64,000 bases of DNA from Cetorhinus maximus (taxonomy: Eukaryota): positions 19,778,001-19,842,000 of the forward strand of contig NC_135893.1 of assembly GCF_964194155.1 (NCBI RefSeq), written 5' to 3'. A program made the position numbers and the translations under genes. Below, piece after piece: positions 60,715-64,000 of the stretch (position 1 is its first letter; every line of letters begins with the position of its first letter). A model generated the notes under the pieces. The model worked only from the letters and a program-made list of their open reading frames with translations, was not told the DNA's origin and made no database searches.

Positions 60715-63700
60715 TTTTTTAATTCATTCATAGAATGTGGGCTTCGCTGACTGGGCCAGCATTTATTGCTCAACTCTAGTTGCCGTTGAGAATGTGGTGG
60801 TGAGCCATCTTCTTGAACCGCTGCAGTCCATGTGGAGTAGGTGTGTACCACAGTGCTGTTAGGAAGGGAGTTCCAGGATTTTGACCCAGCGACAGTGAAG
60901 AAACGGTGACATATTTCCAAGTCAGGATGGTGAGTGATTTGGAAGGGAACTTCCAGGTTGTGGTGTTCCAATCTATCTGCTGCCCTTGTCCTTCTAGATG
61001 GTAGTGGTTGTGGGTTTGGAAGATGCTGTCTAAGAAGCGTTGGTGAATTCCTGCAGTGCATCTTCTAGATGGTACACACTGCTACTACTGTGCGTTGGTG
61101 GTGGAGGGAGTGAATGTTTGTGGATGTGGTGCCAATCAAGTGGGCTGCTTTGTCCTGGATGGTGTCAAGCTTCTTGAGTGTTGTGGGAGCTGCACTCATC
61201 CAGGCAAGTGGGGATTATTCCATCTCACTCTTGACTTGTGCCTTGTAGATGGTGGACAGGCTTTGGGGAGTCAGGAGGTGAGTTACTTGTTGCAGGATTC
61301 CTAGTCTCTGACCTGCTTTTGTAGCCACAGTATTTATATGGCTAGTCCAGTTTAGTTTCTGTCAATGGTAACCTCCAGGATGTTAATATTGGGGGATTCA
61401 GTGATGGTAATGCCGTTGAATGTCAAGGGGTGGTGGTTAGATTCTCTATTGTTAGAGATAGTCATTGCCTGGCACTTGTGTGGCGCGAATGTTACTTGCC
61501 ACTTGTCATCTTAAGTCTGGATATTGTTCAGGTCTTGCTGCATTTGGACATCGACTGCTTCAGTATATGAGGAGTCACGAATGGTGCTGAACATTGTGCA
61601 ATCATCAGCAAACATCCCCACTTCTGACCTTACGATGGAAGGAAGGTTATTGATGAAGCAGCTGAAGATGGCTGGGCCTAGGACACTACCCTGAGGAACT
61701 CCTGCAGTGATGTCCTGGAGCTGAGATGACTGACCTCCAACAACCACAACCATTTTCCTTTATGCTGGGTATAACTCCAACCAGTGGAGAGTTTTCCCCC
61801 TGATACCCACTGACTCCAGTTTTGCTAGGGCTCCTTGATGCCCCACTCAGTCAAATGCTGCCTTGATGTCAAGGGCAGTCACTCTCACTTCACCTTGTGA
61901 GTTCAGCTGTTTTGTCCATGTTTGAACCAAGGCTGTAATGATGTCAGGAGCTGAGTACCCCTGGTGAAACCCAAACTGGGCGTCAGTGAGCAAGTTATTG
62001 TTAAGCAAGTGTCGCTTGATAGCACTGTTGATAATAACCCCTTCCATTACTTCACTGATGATCGAGAGTAGGCTGATGGGGCAATAATTGACCGGGTTGG
62101 ATTTGTCCTGCTTTTTGTGTACAGGACATAACTGGGCAATTTTCCACATAGCCAGGTAGATGTCAGTGTTGTAGCTGTACTGGAACAGCTTGGCTAAGGG
62201 CACGGCAAGTTCTGGAGCACAAGTCTTGAGTACTATTGCTGGAATATTGTCAGGACCCATCGCCTTTGCACTATCCAATGCCTTCAGCCATTTCTTGATA
62301 TCACATGGAGTGAATTGAATTGGCTGAAGACTAGCATCTATGATGCTGGGGACCTCTGGAGGAGGCCGAGATGGATCATACATTCTGCACTTCTAGCTGA
62401 AGATTTTAGCAAAATGCTTCAGCCTTGTCTTTTGCACTGATGTGCTGGACTCCTCCATCATTGAGGATGGGGATATTTGTGGAGCCTCCTCCCCCAGTGA
62501 GTTGTTTTATTGTCCAACATCATTCACAACTGGATGTGGCAGGACTGCAAAGCTTAGATCTGATCCATTGGTTGTGGAATCGCGTAGCTCTGTCTATCAC
62601 TTGCTGCTTAGGCTGTTTGGCATGCAAGTAGTCCTGTGTTAAAGCTTCACCAGGTTGACATCTCATTTTTAAGTATGCCTGGTGCTGCTCCTGGCATGCC
62701 CTCCTGTGCTCTTCATTGAACCAGGGTTGATCCCCTGGCTTGATGGTAATGGTAGAGTGGGGGATATGCCAGGCCATGAGGTTACAGGTTGTGTTCGAGT
62801 ACAATTCTACTGCTGCTGAAAGCCCACAGTGCTTCATGGATACCCAGTCTTGAGTTGTCCGAAATTGATCCCATTTAGCACAGTGGTAGTGCCACACAAC
62901 ACGATGGAGGGTATTCTCAATGTCTCCACAATGACTGTGCAGTGGTCACTCCTACCGATACTGTCATGGGCAGACACGTCAATGGCAGGCAGGTTGGTGA
63001 GGATGAGGTCAAGTATGTTTTTCCGTCTTGTTGGTTCCCTCACCATTTGCTACAGACCCAGTCTGGCAGTTATGTCCTTTAGGACTCGGCCAGCTCAGTC
63101 AGTAGTGGTGCTACCGAGCCACTCTTGGTGATGGACATTGAAGTCCCCCACCCAGAGAATATTCTGCACCCTTGCCACCCTCAGTGCTTAATACCACCCT
63201 CAATACCACCTGGGGGAGCACTGATTCATCAGCTGAGGGAGGGCGGTACGTGGTAATCAGCAGGAGGTTTCCTTGCCCATGTTTGACCTGATGCCATAAG
63301 ACTTCATGGGGTCCAGAGTTGATGTTGAGGACTCCCAGGGCAACTCCCTTCTGACTGTATACCACTCTGCCACTACCTCTGCTGGGTCTGCCCTGCCAAT
63401 GGGACAGGACATACCCAGGGATGGTGATGGTGGTGTCTGGGACATTATCGATAAGGTATGTAATGGTGACTATGTCAGGCTGTTGCTTGACTAGTCTGTG
63501 AGACGGGTCTCCCAATTTTGGCACTAGCCCCCAGATATTAGCAAGGAGGACTTTGCAGAGTCGACAGGGCTGAGTTTGCTGTTGTCATTTCCGGTGCTCA
63601 GGTCGATGCCAGGTGATCCGTCCGATTTCATTCCTTTGTAGTGTTTTGGTACAAATGAGTGGCTTTGGGCAGTTAAGAGTCAACCACATTGCTGCAGATC

Positions 63701-63925
63701 TGGAGTCACATGTAAGCCAGACCAGGTAAGGACGGCAGATTTCCTTCCCTAAAGGTGAATGAGATGGGTTTTTACAACAATCGACAATGGTTTCGTGGTC
63801 ATCATTAGACTTTAATTCCAGATTTTTATTGAACTCAAATTCCACCGTCTGCTGTCGCGGCTTTGATCCCTGGGTGTCTGGATTACTAGTCCAGTGTCAA
63901 TACCACTACGCCATCACCTCCCCCT
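60715..63925 (-). mobile_element. Near full-length ~3.2-kb CR1/L2-group LINE, single APE-RT ORF (degraded), no ORF1, tRNA-like 5' head
   Basis: APE KVLLANIWGL...PDIV...IPGY...LDLILTN...IGRSDH. RT KAMGPDNIP, YCPISLLS, QFGF, ALDIKAAFD, GVPQGSVLGP..F, FADD. 5' end GGGGAGGTGATGGCGTAGTGG (A box); 3' tail ending ATGAATGAATTAAAAAAA. Confidence 0.9.
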
Positions 63926-64000
63926 CCTTTCCAATCCCTAGACAGAACTCTCATTTCTAATAAACCACTAAGATTTTTGTCAAAAATGTGACTAATTTGC

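Overview
Eukaryotic (vertebrate) genomic DNA, most likely from a cartilaginous fish, inferred from the repeat complement: Deu-domain SINEs, CR1/L2 LINEs, Neptune-type Penelope, and Harbinger and hAT MITEs. Three spliced genes can be read. (1) A signal-peptide first coding exon on the - strand (234-351) that looks like a PLOD lysyl-hydroxylase exon 1. (2) A divergently oriented KIAA2013-family gene (7236-10471, 2 coding exons, possible 3rd). (3) An 8-exon, 771-aa guanylyl cyclase (20810-44751). The cyclase is the highlight. It has an intact GC catalytic core but neither the kinase-homology domain of vertebrate membrane GCs nor the H-NOX domain of soluble GC. Instead it has TM1 - a NIT-like (nitrate/nitrite-sensing) extracellular domain - TM2 - signalling helix - cyclase, so it looks like a vertebrate NIT-GC receptor. 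Notable mobile-DNA observations: Penelope-type minimal hammerhead ribozyme motifs, including two ~100-bp inserts with 14-bp TSDs; an ORF1-less LINE with a tRNA-like head plus its bipartite SINE derivative; a Harbinger-transposase/LINE-tail chimera; a SINE-derived 51-bp minisatellite with an internal inversion; and a triple-nested CR1>hAT>Penelope insertion. All calls are by-eye readings; repeat boundaries without TSD/TIR evidence are approximate.
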